DNA of 64,000 bases, taken from positions 13,603-77,602 of the forward strand of contig DASSBC010000078.1 in NCBI GenBank assembly GCA_035699125.1. Direction: 5' to 3'. The first letter of the stretch is position 1. Every line of letters starts with the position of its first letter. The notes under the pieces were generated by a model. The model was not told the origin of the DNA. It was given only the letters and a program-made list of their open reading frames with translations, and made no database searches. The position numbers and the translations under genes were made by a program. This DNA is from Anaerolineales bacterium (lineage in GTDB: Bacteria; Chloroflexota; Anaerolineae; Anaerolineales; Villigracilaceae). Shown piece after piece: positions 27,125 to 35,850 of the stretch.

Positions 27125-28381
27125 ATGAACGAACAACATGTAAAACAGAGAGCTTTTGTATCTGTGCTCGGAAACGTTGTTCTAGCCTTAATAGGGCTGA
27201 CGGTTGCACTCGGATCGGTAGAATTCCTGATGAGGACTTTTCCCAATTGGATCCCACCCGAGATAAGAGTGAATCCGCCAGCACGTCGTGTACATGCCTT
27301 CATAGATGAAACCTATGACTTAAGGCATTCTGACGGCGATCTGTTTTATCATATGCGGGGGAGTATTATACCTATTTCGCCCGATCATGATAAGGTGATC
27401 GCCCGTATACATATGATCACCGACGCCCACGGTTTTCGCAATTCTCCTCCGGAAAAAGCGACTTATCGCGTTGTTGCACTAGGCGACTCGTTCACCAGAG
27501 CTAGTGGCTCCGCGTTCTCCTGGACTCAAAAACTGGCCGAAAGTATGGGGAGTGATGTGCTCAACCTTGCGGACGTGGGTTTTGGACCACAGGATGAGTT
27601 AAAAGTATTACAACAGTATGGCGTGAAAAAGCAGCCGCAATGGGTGATCACAGCATATTTTGAGGGAAATGATTTATATGATGCCGCGGCGTATGAACAA
27701 GCGACGCCGTTCATCTTGCTCCGGTTTGGAAGATACATAGTAGATCGGAGTCTAGAAGCCTGGCATGAGACGAGCCAGGATGGGACTCAGGCTAAGGCAG
27801 CCCCAAACTTCCGCTATCCAATTCCGCTCACAATTAATGACAACGAGCTTGAGATGGCTTTTTTCTCGTACTATATCTCTTGGCTGTCTGCTGACCGGGA
27901 AGCAATCAAATTATCAAAAAATTACCACTTAACGACCGAGACAATGTTGCAAATGCAGGAGTTGAGTAAAACATCGAACGCTCATTTTCTGTTGGTCTAT
28001 GTGCCGTCGAAGGAACATGTTTATCTGCCATATTTGAAGAATGCCGATATTCTAGAACGCGTTTTTACAGACGTGCCTCGGATAGGAATGGACCAAGAAG
28101 GTTATCTACAATTCATGAAAGAAAGAGCAACGCCGGAACTCACCCGCCAGCACATGAATGATCAGGCTATGCTACTGGCTGACTTTGCGGTGGAGCATCA
28201 TTTATTCTTTCTTGACTTGACAAAAGCCTTTCAAGAAAAAGCAGGCGCAGGTGCAGAATTGTATTACCCTTTCGACACCCATTGGAACCAGATCGGGCAC
28301 AATTTGGCTGCTGAAACAATCTACAAGTACATTCAAACTAAACTCCACGGATATAGAAATGAAAATTTTGTGCCTAATTAA
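27125..28381 (+). CDS. Membrane-anchored SGNH-like protein of the AlgX/AlgJ/DltD type
   Basis: N-terminal TM anchor. VVALGDSFTRASG, YFEGNDLYD, and YYPFDTHWNQIGH (the DTHW motif typical of AlgJ/AlgX-type O-acyltransferases). Confidence 0.7.
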   Translation: MNEQHVKQRAFVSVLGNVVLALIGLTVALGSVEFLMRTFPNWIPPEIRVNPPARRVHAFIDETYDLRHSDGDLFYHMRGSIIPISPDHDKVIARIHMITDAHGFRNSPPEKATYRVVALGDSFTRASGSAFSWTQKLAESMGSDVLNLADVGFGPQDELKVLQQYGVKKQPQWVITAYFEGNDLYDAAAYEQATPFILLRFGRYIVDRSLEAWHETSQDGTQAKAAPNFRYPIPLTINDNELEMAFFSYYISWLSADREAIKLSKNYHLTTETMLQMQELSKTSNAHFLLVYVPSKEHVYLPYLKNADILERVFTDVPRIGMDQEGYLQFMKERATPELTRQHMNDQAMLLADFAVEHHLFFLDLTKAFQEKAGAGAELYYPFDTHWNQIGHNLAAETIYKYIQTKLHGYRNENFVPN

Positions 28382-29408
28382 TAACGAGGTAAAGCCAGAT
28401 GACCGGTGGCTGTGGAATTATCTGCCCTCGAATACAGACGAGGTGGATTTTGTGGTCGCCACCGGGGCGATAGATCGGTTTAAAAAATGGGGAAAACTCT
28501 TTACCTATTATCCAGCTTTTATGCGGGCAGGGTTCCATGCCTTTCGCAAAACCCGAAAAACCCCGTATGATTTAGTAATAGCCTGGGGAGGTCAAAATGG
28601 ATTTACGTATGCCTTCCTGAGAAGTATGTTCGGTCAGAAGACCCCGCCGCTGATCATCCTATCCTTCAATCTTCAGGGCGTGCTCAGCCACTTCCTTAGT
28701 TTGGCGCGATTTGGAATGCGTTCAGTCTCACGGGTGGTCGTCTTTACGCCTTCTGAAGTCGAGAAATACCGGCGAATGCTATCTCTCCCTCCCGAGGCGA
28801 TTTCCTACTGTCCTCATGGCTGGTATGACCCGATGCGCTGGTATGTTCCAGGGGAAACGAAGGAAGCAGCCGCCCTAGCCGGGAATGGAAGATTCGTTTT
28901 CACTTCTGGCCGTTCCTATAGAGACTACGAGACTCTGGCTCGTGCGGTTGAGGGAACCGAGGCGTGTGTTAAAGTTAGCAGCCGCCCGTTTAATATAGGC
29001 GGAGTAAAACTGCCCGGGAACATGGAATCCCTAGGATGGCTCGATTATCGGGTGGCACAGGACTACATGTATGAATCCAGTTTTTATGTGGTCCCCCTTC
29101 AGGGTATCGATTTCGCCGGCGGCGACAGCAGTCTTCTCCAGGCGATGAGCTTCGGCAAGGCAGTGGTGGCGACGCGCGCACCCAGTACAGAAACCTATCT
29201 TGAACACGGTAAGACCGGGCTGCTTGTGGAACCAGGCGATATAGAAGGAATGCGGCAGGCAATCCTTCATTTGTGGCGAAATCCAGACGAAGCCATAAGG
29301 ATGGGTAAAGAGGCAAGGCAACATTTTGAAGAGAATCACACGATGGATAAACTGGCACAACGCGTTTACGATGTCGCCCTCGAGGTCTATCGTGCTCAAC
29401 GTGGTTAG
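28359..29408 (+). CDS. GT4-family glycosyltransferase
   Basis: MKILCLINNE start. C-terminal ...GGDSSLLQAMSFGKAVVATRAPSTETYLEHGKTGLLVEPGD.... The track start at 28251 overlaps the previous gene by 131 nt; ATG 28359 overlaps it by 23 nt. Confidence 0.8.
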   Translation: MKILCLINNEVKPDDRWLWNYLPSNTDEVDFVVATGAIDRFKKWGKLFTYYPAFMRAGFHAFRKTRKTPYDLVIAWGGQNGFTYAFLRSMFGQKTPPLIILSFNLQGVLSHFLSLARFGMRSVSRVVVFTPSEVEKYRRMLSLPPEAISYCPHGWYDPMRWYVPGETKEAAALAGNGRFVFTSGRSYRDYETLARAVEGTEACVKVSSRPFNIGGVKLPGNMESLGWLDYRVAQDYMYESSFYVVPLQGIDFAGGDSSLLQAMSFGKAVVATRAPSTETYLEHGKTGLLVEPGDIEGMRQAILHLWRNPDEAIRMGKEARQHFEENHTMDKLAQRVYDVALEVYRAQRG

Positions 29409-30663
29409 TGCCAAGAACAAGCAGCTGCTGATCTGCATCCTGGTCCTGGCTGTGCTGATCCGCATACCGATTGCCGTCTTGATGGGAGATCAGATCACTG
29501 TTTTACCTGGTATTCAGGACCAGGTGTCTTATGATGCCTTGGCACGAAGTTTATTGGATGGACGAGGCTACAGTTTTACAGAAAAGTGGTATCCATTCAC
29601 GCCGGCTGATACGCCCACAGCTCACTGGTCTTTCCTTTATCCATTGTACCTGGCCGGAGTTTATGCAGTTACAGGACATCATCCCCTGGCTGCCAGGCTC
29701 CTCCAAGCGGTTGTGGGCGGCGCATTGCTGTGTTTACTTGTTTACAGAATAGGCCGTCGGGTGGCAAATGAAGAAACCGGGCTGGTTGGCGCTGGTCTGG
29801 CTGCAGTCTATGGATACTTTGTTTATTACAATGCAGCCTTAATGACAGAGACATTCTTCATTGTACTGATACTGCTAGCACTTCATCTAAGTTTAGAAAT
29901 CAAAGAAAGTCCTACACTGCTACGTTGGATCGGGCTTGGCATTTCGTTAGGCTTGGCGGGCTTACTCAGGCAGACAATACTTCTTTTCATTCCGTTTCTG
30001 CTGTTTTGGTTGTTTTTGGAGCTAAGAAACCGAGTCACTCACTGGTCACACTTTTCCATCCCGCTTGTCATCACCCTTCTCTTGATTGCCCCGTGGACTC
30101 TGCGCAACTATCTGGTATATCGCGAATTTCTTCTCTTGAATTCCAATGCCGGTTATGCTCTCTTTGCTTCCAACAACCCGAACCTCGGAACAGATTGGAA
30201 TAATGATGTAGTCGTAGTGCCAGTGCCTGGGGAGTTGCAAGGGCAAAATGAAGCGCAGCTCGATCGAGCCCTGACACGACGAGCGGTCGAATTCATCCGT
30301 GCAGACCCGGAACGTTATCTGCGGCTGACCCTCGATAAAACCCTTGAGTTTTTCTGGTTTTGGCCTTCTTCTGACTCAAGCCGAATCAGCAATCTGAACC
30401 GGGTGCTTTCTTTTGGCTTATACTTGCCGTTCATGCTTTTCGGGCTGTATATATCCCTCTCACGCTGGCGCAGCTTTGTAGTTCTGTATTTATTCATTTT
30501 TATACATACCACAATCCACCTGCTCTCCTGGCCTGCAGCAAGATATCGCCTAAGTGTTGACGCCGTGTCAATGGTCTTTGCCGGATTGGCCGTGCTTGAG
30601 CTTGCAAAACAATGGAAAAGCTGGCGTCGCGAGCTTCCCTTAACAGATAAACTCAGTTTTTGA
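29371..30663 (+). CDS. GT-C-fold glycosyltransferase, ArnT/PMT (GT39/GT83)-like
   Basis: Polytopic protein. First-loop motif IQDQVSYDALARSLLDGRGYSF, typical of PMT_2/ArnT-like proteins. The start is uncertain (ATG 29371, GTG 29392 or 29401; the track uses 29326). Confidence 0.7.
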   Translation: MSPSRSIVLNVVSAKNKQLLICILVLAVLIRIPIAVLMGDQITVLPGIQDQVSYDALARSLLDGRGYSFTEKWYPFTPADTPTAHWSFLYPLYLAGVYAVTGHHPLAARLLQAVVGGALLCLLVYRIGRRVANEETGLVGAGLAAVYGYFVYYNAALMTETFFIVLILLALHLSLEIKESPTLLRWIGLGISLGLAGLLRQTILLFIPFLLFWLFLELRNRVTHWSHFSIPLVITLLLIAPWTLRNYLVYREFLLLNSNAGYALFASNNPNLGTDWNNDVVVVPVPGELQGQNEAQLDRALTRRAVEFIRADPERYLRLTLDKTLEFFWFWPSSDSSRISNLNRVLSFGLYLPFMLFGLYISLSRWRSFVVLYLFIFIHTTIHLLSWPAARYRLSVDAVSMVFAGLAVLELAKQWKSWRRELPLTDKLSF

Positions 30664-30686
30664 AAAACATCGGTATCCAAGCGGAC

Positions 30687-31805
30687 ATGTCTTCAATCAC
30701 CACATCAACCACAGCCAAACCGCCGACCTTGAGCAAACGGTCAGAAAAATTGCTTACGATCATGCTAGCGTTTCTGAGCCCACTGTTGCTCATCGGCTTG
30801 CTTGAAAGTGCAGCGTATCTATGGGAGCGAAACCAGGCAAACAGCCTGTATGCCTGGGAGCTGGTTGCTTCACGCCGTATGGTCTGGGTGCAATATCCCG
30901 AACCAGGCGCTGGTTACACACTAATGAAGCCCGGCAGCCATTATGAATGGCAGCACATTTCTGTGGACATTAATTCTCGCGGCTTGCGCGGGCCAGAAAC
31001 AAGCTATGAAAAATCACCATCTACCTTTCGCATTCTCAATTTAGGCGATTCAGTCGTTATGGGTTGGGGAGTTCGAGAAGAAGATACGTACGGCCAGCAA
31101 CTGGAATCACTCCTGAATGAGACAGGCAGCGATAACATGCGATTCGAGGTTATCAATGCAGGGGTCCCTGGCTGGAGTCTTGACAATGCACTGGCATACC
31201 TCCAAGCCGAAGGCCTCAAGTATGAGCCAGACCTCGTAGTGCTGGATGTGACGATTGCCAACGACATCAACGGTAAAAGTGCCTTGCTGGCAGGTAATGA
31301 ACCCAAGTCACTTCGATGGCTAAGTGACCATACCTACTTCTGGCCTTTCTTACAAAGTCAAATGTCGTGGGCGAAGGCGCGCGCCGAAGGCAGAGACCGG
31401 GTCGACACAATTGATCCACCCACCAATCCGGCTAAGTACTTTCCCTTAGATCCGCAATCAGACCGGTGGACCGAACGCTGGAACACAATATTGGAAATCC
31501 ACCAACTGGCGACAGAGAACAATGCTCGTTTCGTATTGACCCTATTCCCACTGGAATTCCAGGCCTTGGACAAGACTTATTCGACGCTTCCCCAAGAGTT
31601 ATTTATGGGCAGGGCGGCTGAAGCTGGTATCCCGGCTGTGGATCTGCTGCCCGCCTTTCAACAGGCATGCAAAGAAAAGTCGGGCGGCGCCTGCCAACTG
31701 GAAGATCGTTACTTGTTTGCGGACGTCTGGATGCACCCCTCAGCCTACGGGAATCGTCTGACGGCGAATGAGCTCGAGCAAGTAGTTAAGGGATTGTTGC
31801 CATAG
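30687..31805 (+). CDS. Membrane-anchored SGNH/GDSL-like hydrolase or acyltransferase
   Basis: TM anchor LLTIMLAFLSPLLLIGLL. Block I ILNLGDSVVMGWGV, NAGVPGW, block III DVTIANDING, block V-like ADVWMHPSAYGN. Confidence 0.7.
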   Translation: MSSITTSTTAKPPTLSKRSEKLLTIMLAFLSPLLLIGLLESAAYLWERNQANSLYAWELVASRRMVWVQYPEPGAGYTLMKPGSHYEWQHISVDINSRGLRGPETSYEKSPSTFRILNLGDSVVMGWGVREEDTYGQQLESLLNETGSDNMRFEVINAGVPGWSLDNALAYLQAEGLKYEPDLVVLDVTIANDINGKSALLAGNEPKSLRWLSDHTYFWPFLQSQMSWAKARAEGRDRVDTIDPPTNPAKYFPLDPQSDRWTERWNTILEIHQLATENNARFVLTLFPLEFQALDKTYSTLPQELFMGRAAEAGIPAVDLLPAFQQACKEKSGGACQLEDRYLFADVWMHPSAYGNRLTANELEQVVKGLLP

Positions 31806-31833
31806 CTGGCTAAATTTGACAGAGGATCATTAG

Positions 31834-32979
31834 ATGGATTTTTCCTGGACAGAAGAACAACTTAAATATAAACAGGCAGTAATCGAGTTTGCCCAAAATG
31901 AATTGAATGAAGGGCTAATCGAACGCGACCGGCAGGGTGAGCTCGCGCGTGAGAATTGGAAGAAGTGCGCCAAAATGGGACTCCTCGGTCTGGCTATCCC
32001 GGAGCAGTACGGCGGCAGCGAGTCCGACATCCTAACCACGATGCTGGTTATGGAGGGTTTGGGCTATGGCTGCCGCGACAACGGGCTTATCTTTGCCATG
32101 AATGCGCAAATGTGGAGCGTCCAACATCCGATTCTTGCTTTTGGCACAGAAGCTCAGAAACAGAAATATCTCCCCGGCATGTGCAGCGGGGACTTGATCG
32201 GTGCACACGGCATGTCTGAACCCGACTCCGGTTCAGATGCCTACAGCTTGCATACACGGGCTAAGCGCACCAATGATGGATATGTCCTCAACGGGACGAA
32301 GATGTTTGTGAGCAATGCGCCCTTTGCTGATGTGTCTCTGGTCTTTGCCACGGTAAACCCGGAGAAGGGTATCGGAGGGGTCACTGCCTTTCTAGTGGAT
32401 AAGGGGACACCGGGTTTTCGAGTTAGCCAGAGTATCGAAAAGATGGGACTGCGCACCTCTCCGATGGGCGAGCTAATTTTGGAGGACTGTTTCGTGCCAA
32501 TGGAGAGCCGCCTGGGACCGGAAGGCGCGGGGCCCGCCATTTTTAATAGCTCGATGGAGTGGGAACGCAGCTGCATCCTGGGCAGCCACATTGGAGCGAT
32601 GGAACACCAACTCGAAGAAGCGATTCGGTACGCCCGGCAGCGCTCGCAGTTCGGCCAGAAGATCGGGAAGTTTCAGTCCGTTGCCAATCGCATTGCCGAC
32701 ATGAAACTCAGGCTGGAAACAGCGCGGTTACTTCTCTATAAGGTTGCCTGGCTCAAGCAGATGGGAAAACCAGCAGTTATGGAAGCTGCACTGGCCAAGC
32801 TGTATCTAAGCGAGTCTTTTGTCCAATCCAGCCTGGACGCGATCCGAACATACGGCGGGTATGGGTACATGACAGAACTGGAAGTAGAGCGTGACTTGCG
32901 AGACGCGGTTGGAGGGCTGCTCTACTCAGGCACATCCGATATCCAGCGCATGATCATTGCACGTTGGTTAGGGTTATAG
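31834..32979 (+). CDS. Acyl-CoA dehydrogenase-family flavoprotein
   Basis: 381 aa. GMSEPDSGSDA, ...GGYGYMTELEVERDLRDA..., C-terminal LLYSGTSDIQRMIIARWL. Confidence 0.85.
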   Translation: MDFSWTEEQLKYKQAVIEFAQNELNEGLIERDRQGELARENWKKCAKMGLLGLAIPEQYGGSESDILTTMLVMEGLGYGCRDNGLIFAMNAQMWSVQHPILAFGTEAQKQKYLPGMCSGDLIGAHGMSEPDSGSDAYSLHTRAKRTNDGYVLNGTKMFVSNAPFADVSLVFATVNPEKGIGGVTAFLVDKGTPGFRVSQSIEKMGLRTSPMGELILEDCFVPMESRLGPEGAGPAIFNSSMEWERSCILGSHIGAMEHQLEEAIRYARQRSQFGQKIGKFQSVANRIADMKLRLETARLLLYKVAWLKQMGKPAVMEAALAKLYLSESFVQSSLDAIRTYGGYGYMTELEVERDLRDAVGGLLYSGTSDIQRMIIARWLGL

Positions 32980-32980
32980 T

Positions 32981-34462
32981 ATGAGCCGAAACTTCATTTT
33001 TTACGCTCTTGTCATCGCCATTTTTGGCTCGCTGTTGTGGTTTGTGTTCGATCAGGGCGCAAAGCTCGATGTCATCCAATCTCCTCCAACAGTCACAGGG
33101 GAAACTGGGGAGGCTATGGATGGGCAGAATCCTGATACGATCACAACTTCTCAGCCTAGCGTAATTATCGCGTTCATTAGAGACTTGTTGGCAAACTTGG
33201 AGCACCCGCTTAGTCTGCTCTTGAGCCAAATTGTCATTATAGTAATACTTTCGAGGCTTCTTGCCTCCGTTATGGGCAAAATCGGCCAGCCAATGGTGAT
33301 CGGTGAAATTATCGCTGGGATTTTGCTTGGACCTTCCGTCCTGGGCTACTTCTGGCCAGGGGTGAGTAATTTCATATTTCAGGCCGGGTCCCTGCCAAAC
33401 TTAAACTTTCTGAGCCAATTGGGACTGATTCTCTTCATGTTTATCATCGGTCTGGAATTGGATATCCATCTGTTAAGACGTAAAGCGCACACAGCTGTCG
33501 TTGTCAGCCATGCCAGTATTATTATCCCCTTTACGATGGGTGTGAGCCTGGCTTACTTCCTGTATGTTCGCTTTGCCCCAGAGCATATCTCGTTTCTGGC
33601 CTTTGGTTTATTTATGGGCATTGCAATGAGTATCACCGCGTTCCCCGTGCTGGCTCGTATCCTGCATGAGCGCGGCCTGACCAAGACGGCGCTGGGTAGC
33701 CTTGCCATCACTTGCGCGGCCGCCGACGACGTCACCGCGTGGTGTATCCTGGCAGCCGTGATCGCTATTGTTCAAGCCGGGAGTTTTGTCAGCGCTGTAT
33801 TTACAGTTGTCCTCTCCATAGTGTATGTCATCACTATGTTGAAGCTGGTGCGGCCCTGGTTGGAACAACGAGAGACTCAATATGCAAGCACTGAGAGCCT
33901 GAACAGGACGTTCGCTGTCATTTCTTTCGTCGTCTTGTTTCTATCCGCTCTCACGACCGAAGTGATCGGCATTCATGCCTTATTTGGCGCATTCCTGGCG
34001 GGCGCGAGCATGCCGGCACATGCAGGTTTCAGAAAATTATTGGCGTCGAGGATTGAAGATGTTAGCCTGGTGATCCTGTTGCCACTGTTTTTTGCGTTTA
34101 CCGGGCTCAAGACTCAAATTGGGTTGTTGCATGACGGACTAACCTGGCTTGTCTGTGGGCTGATTATCGCCGTGGCAGTCGTAGGCAAGTTTGGCGGCAG
34201 CTTGCTGGCAGCCAAGTTTACCGGTCAATCGTGGTCTGATTCATTTGCCATCGGGGTGCTAATGAACACGCGCGGGCTCATGGAGCTGATCGTGTTAAAC
34301 ATTGGTTATGACTTGGGCGTGCTCTCGCCGACCGTCTTTACGATGATGGTCCTGATGGCACTCGTCACAACCTTTATGACCGCTCCCGCGTTGTACTGGA
34401 TTGAACGTTTCCGCTGGAAATCAGAATCGGTGAGTGCAAAGTCGTTGCCGGAAAGACTCTAA
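32981..34462 (+). CDS. Cation:proton antiporter, CPA2 (Kef/NapA-like) family
   Basis: 493 aa, about 12 TM helices. QPMVIGEIIAGILLGPSVLG and ...FIIGLELD..., typical of Na+/H+ exchanger family proteins. The ATG begins 1 nt after the dehydrogenase stop. Confidence 0.85.
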   Translation: MSRNFIFYALVIAIFGSLLWFVFDQGAKLDVIQSPPTVTGETGEAMDGQNPDTITTSQPSVIIAFIRDLLANLEHPLSLLLSQIVIIVILSRLLASVMGKIGQPMVIGEIIAGILLGPSVLGYFWPGVSNFIFQAGSLPNLNFLSQLGLILFMFIIGLELDIHLLRRKAHTAVVVSHASIIIPFTMGVSLAYFLYVRFAPEHISFLAFGLFMGIAMSITAFPVLARILHERGLTKTALGSLAITCAAADDVTAWCILAAVIAIVQAGSFVSAVFTVVLSIVYVITMLKLVRPWLEQRETQYASTESLNRTFAVISFVVLFLSALTTEVIGIHALFGAFLAGASMPAHAGFRKLLASRIEDVSLVILLPLFFAFTGLKTQIGLLHDGLTWLVCGLIIAVAVVGKFGGSLLAAKFTGQSWSDSFAIGVLMNTRGLMELIVLNIGYDLGVLSPTVFTMMVLMALVTTFMTAPALYWIERFRWKSESVSAKSLPERL

Positions 34463-34504
34463 AGCATCAATTCGGCTCATCAATAAAATGGAGGTATATA
34501 TACT

Positions 34505-35821
34505 ATGTACGATGTCATTATTATAGGTGGAGGTCCAGCAGGATCGACGTTGGGATCTTACCTGTCAAAGGCTGGGATCAAGAATCTGATCTTGGATGGA
34601 CATAACCATCCACGTCCCCATGTGGGCGAGTCGCTGGTGCTTTCCACCATGAGAGTCTTCGGCGAGCTCGGGCTGATCGACAAAATGGATCAGGCAGGAT
34701 TTCCCAAGAAATTTGGCGCTTCGTGGCGCGATTTCAACGGGAAGGAGCAGGCATTGCACTTCTCGGAATTTCGCCAGGAAGGTATCGAGCGTGATCATAC
34801 CTATCACGTGGACCGGTCAAAATTTGACCTGATACTGCTCAAGCACGCCGAGAGTTTGGGTTCTGAGGTTCACCAGGGCGTGCAGGTGAAGCGTGTCAAC
34901 TTTGTTGACGATCAAGCCATCGGGGTCCGGGCAAAGTTCGCCGGACAGGAGATCGACATCCCCGCTAAAATTGTCGTGGATGCCAGCGGCCGGCAAACGC
35001 TTCTGGGACGTCAGTTGAATCTGAAACAGAACGACAAGATTTTCAACCAGTACGCGGTCCATGCTTGGTTCGAAAATGTGGCACGCGGCGAAGACCCGAA
35101 AACAGCCGACTATATCCATATCTACTTCCTGCCCGTCAAGCGAGGCTGGGCATGGCAGATCCCCATTACAGACACGATCACGTCCGTGGGCGTAGTAGCC
35201 GAGCGCGAAGTCTTTCAACAGTTTAAGACTGAGTCGGAGCGCTACTTCAATACCTATGTTCAATCCAACAAGGGCCTCGCACAGGCGATGGCCAATGCGG
35301 TGCGCCTCAACGATTTCAAAACGGAAGGTGATTACAGCTATATCTTGGACAAGTTCTGTGGCAACGGTTTCCTGATGGTTGGTGATGCCGCCCGTTTTGT
35401 CGACCCAATCTTCTCCTCGGGAGTCAGCGTCGCTATGCACAGCGCTCGGTTTGCCGCGCAAACCATTCAGGCGGCATTGGAGTCGGGCGACCTTAGCGAA
35501 GCGGCATTCAAACCTTACGAGACCACGCTGCGATCCGGCGTGAATATCTGGTACGAATTCATCCGCCTTTACTATAAACTGCTCCCCCTCTTTACACTCT
35601 TTATCCAGAGTGAATACCGGGTGGAGATCTTGCGCCTGCTACAAGGCGAGGTCTTCAATCGAGAGGATGTACGCGTACTAAACGTGATGCGCCGTTACAT
35701 CGAGGTGGTCGAGAACAACGAGGGACACGTGTTCCGCGGGCAGCTCAGCGACATTCCAATCGATGACATCTTGAAACAGGTCGAAAACGATTCGAAGGCT
35801 GAGCAACAAATCGAAGCTTAA
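34505..35821 (+). CDS. FAD-dependent oxidoreductase with flavin-dependent halogenase signature motifs
   Basis: MYDVIIIGGGPAGS (GxGxxG), HVGESL, AGFPKKFGASW (candidate catalytic Lys), GWAWQIPI (WxWxIP), GDAARFVDPIFSSGV (FxxPxxSxG). Confidence 0.75.
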   Translation: MYDVIIIGGGPAGSTLGSYLSKAGIKNLILDGHNHPRPHVGESLVLSTMRVFGELGLIDKMDQAGFPKKFGASWRDFNGKEQALHFSEFRQEGIERDHTYHVDRSKFDLILLKHAESLGSEVHQGVQVKRVNFVDDQAIGVRAKFAGQEIDIPAKIVVDASGRQTLLGRQLNLKQNDKIFNQYAVHAWFENVARGEDPKTADYIHIYFLPVKRGWAWQIPITDTITSVGVVAEREVFQQFKTESERYFNTYVQSNKGLAQAMANAVRLNDFKTEGDYSYILDKFCGNGFLMVGDAARFVDPIFSSGVSVAMHSARFAAQTIQAALESGDLSEAAFKPYETTLRSGVNIWYEFIRLYYKLLPLFTLFIQSEYRVEILRLLQGEVFNREDVRVLNVMRRYIEVVENNEGHVFRGQLSDIPIDDILKQVENDSKAEQQIEA

Positions 35822-35850
35822 AAAGAATTTTACCAACCTGAGGAGTATCC

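Noticed and set aside
34817-35461. 214-aa ORF antisense to the halogenase-like gene
   Set aside because: Same reasoning: it is embedded antisense in a well-supported CDS and has no recognisable domain.
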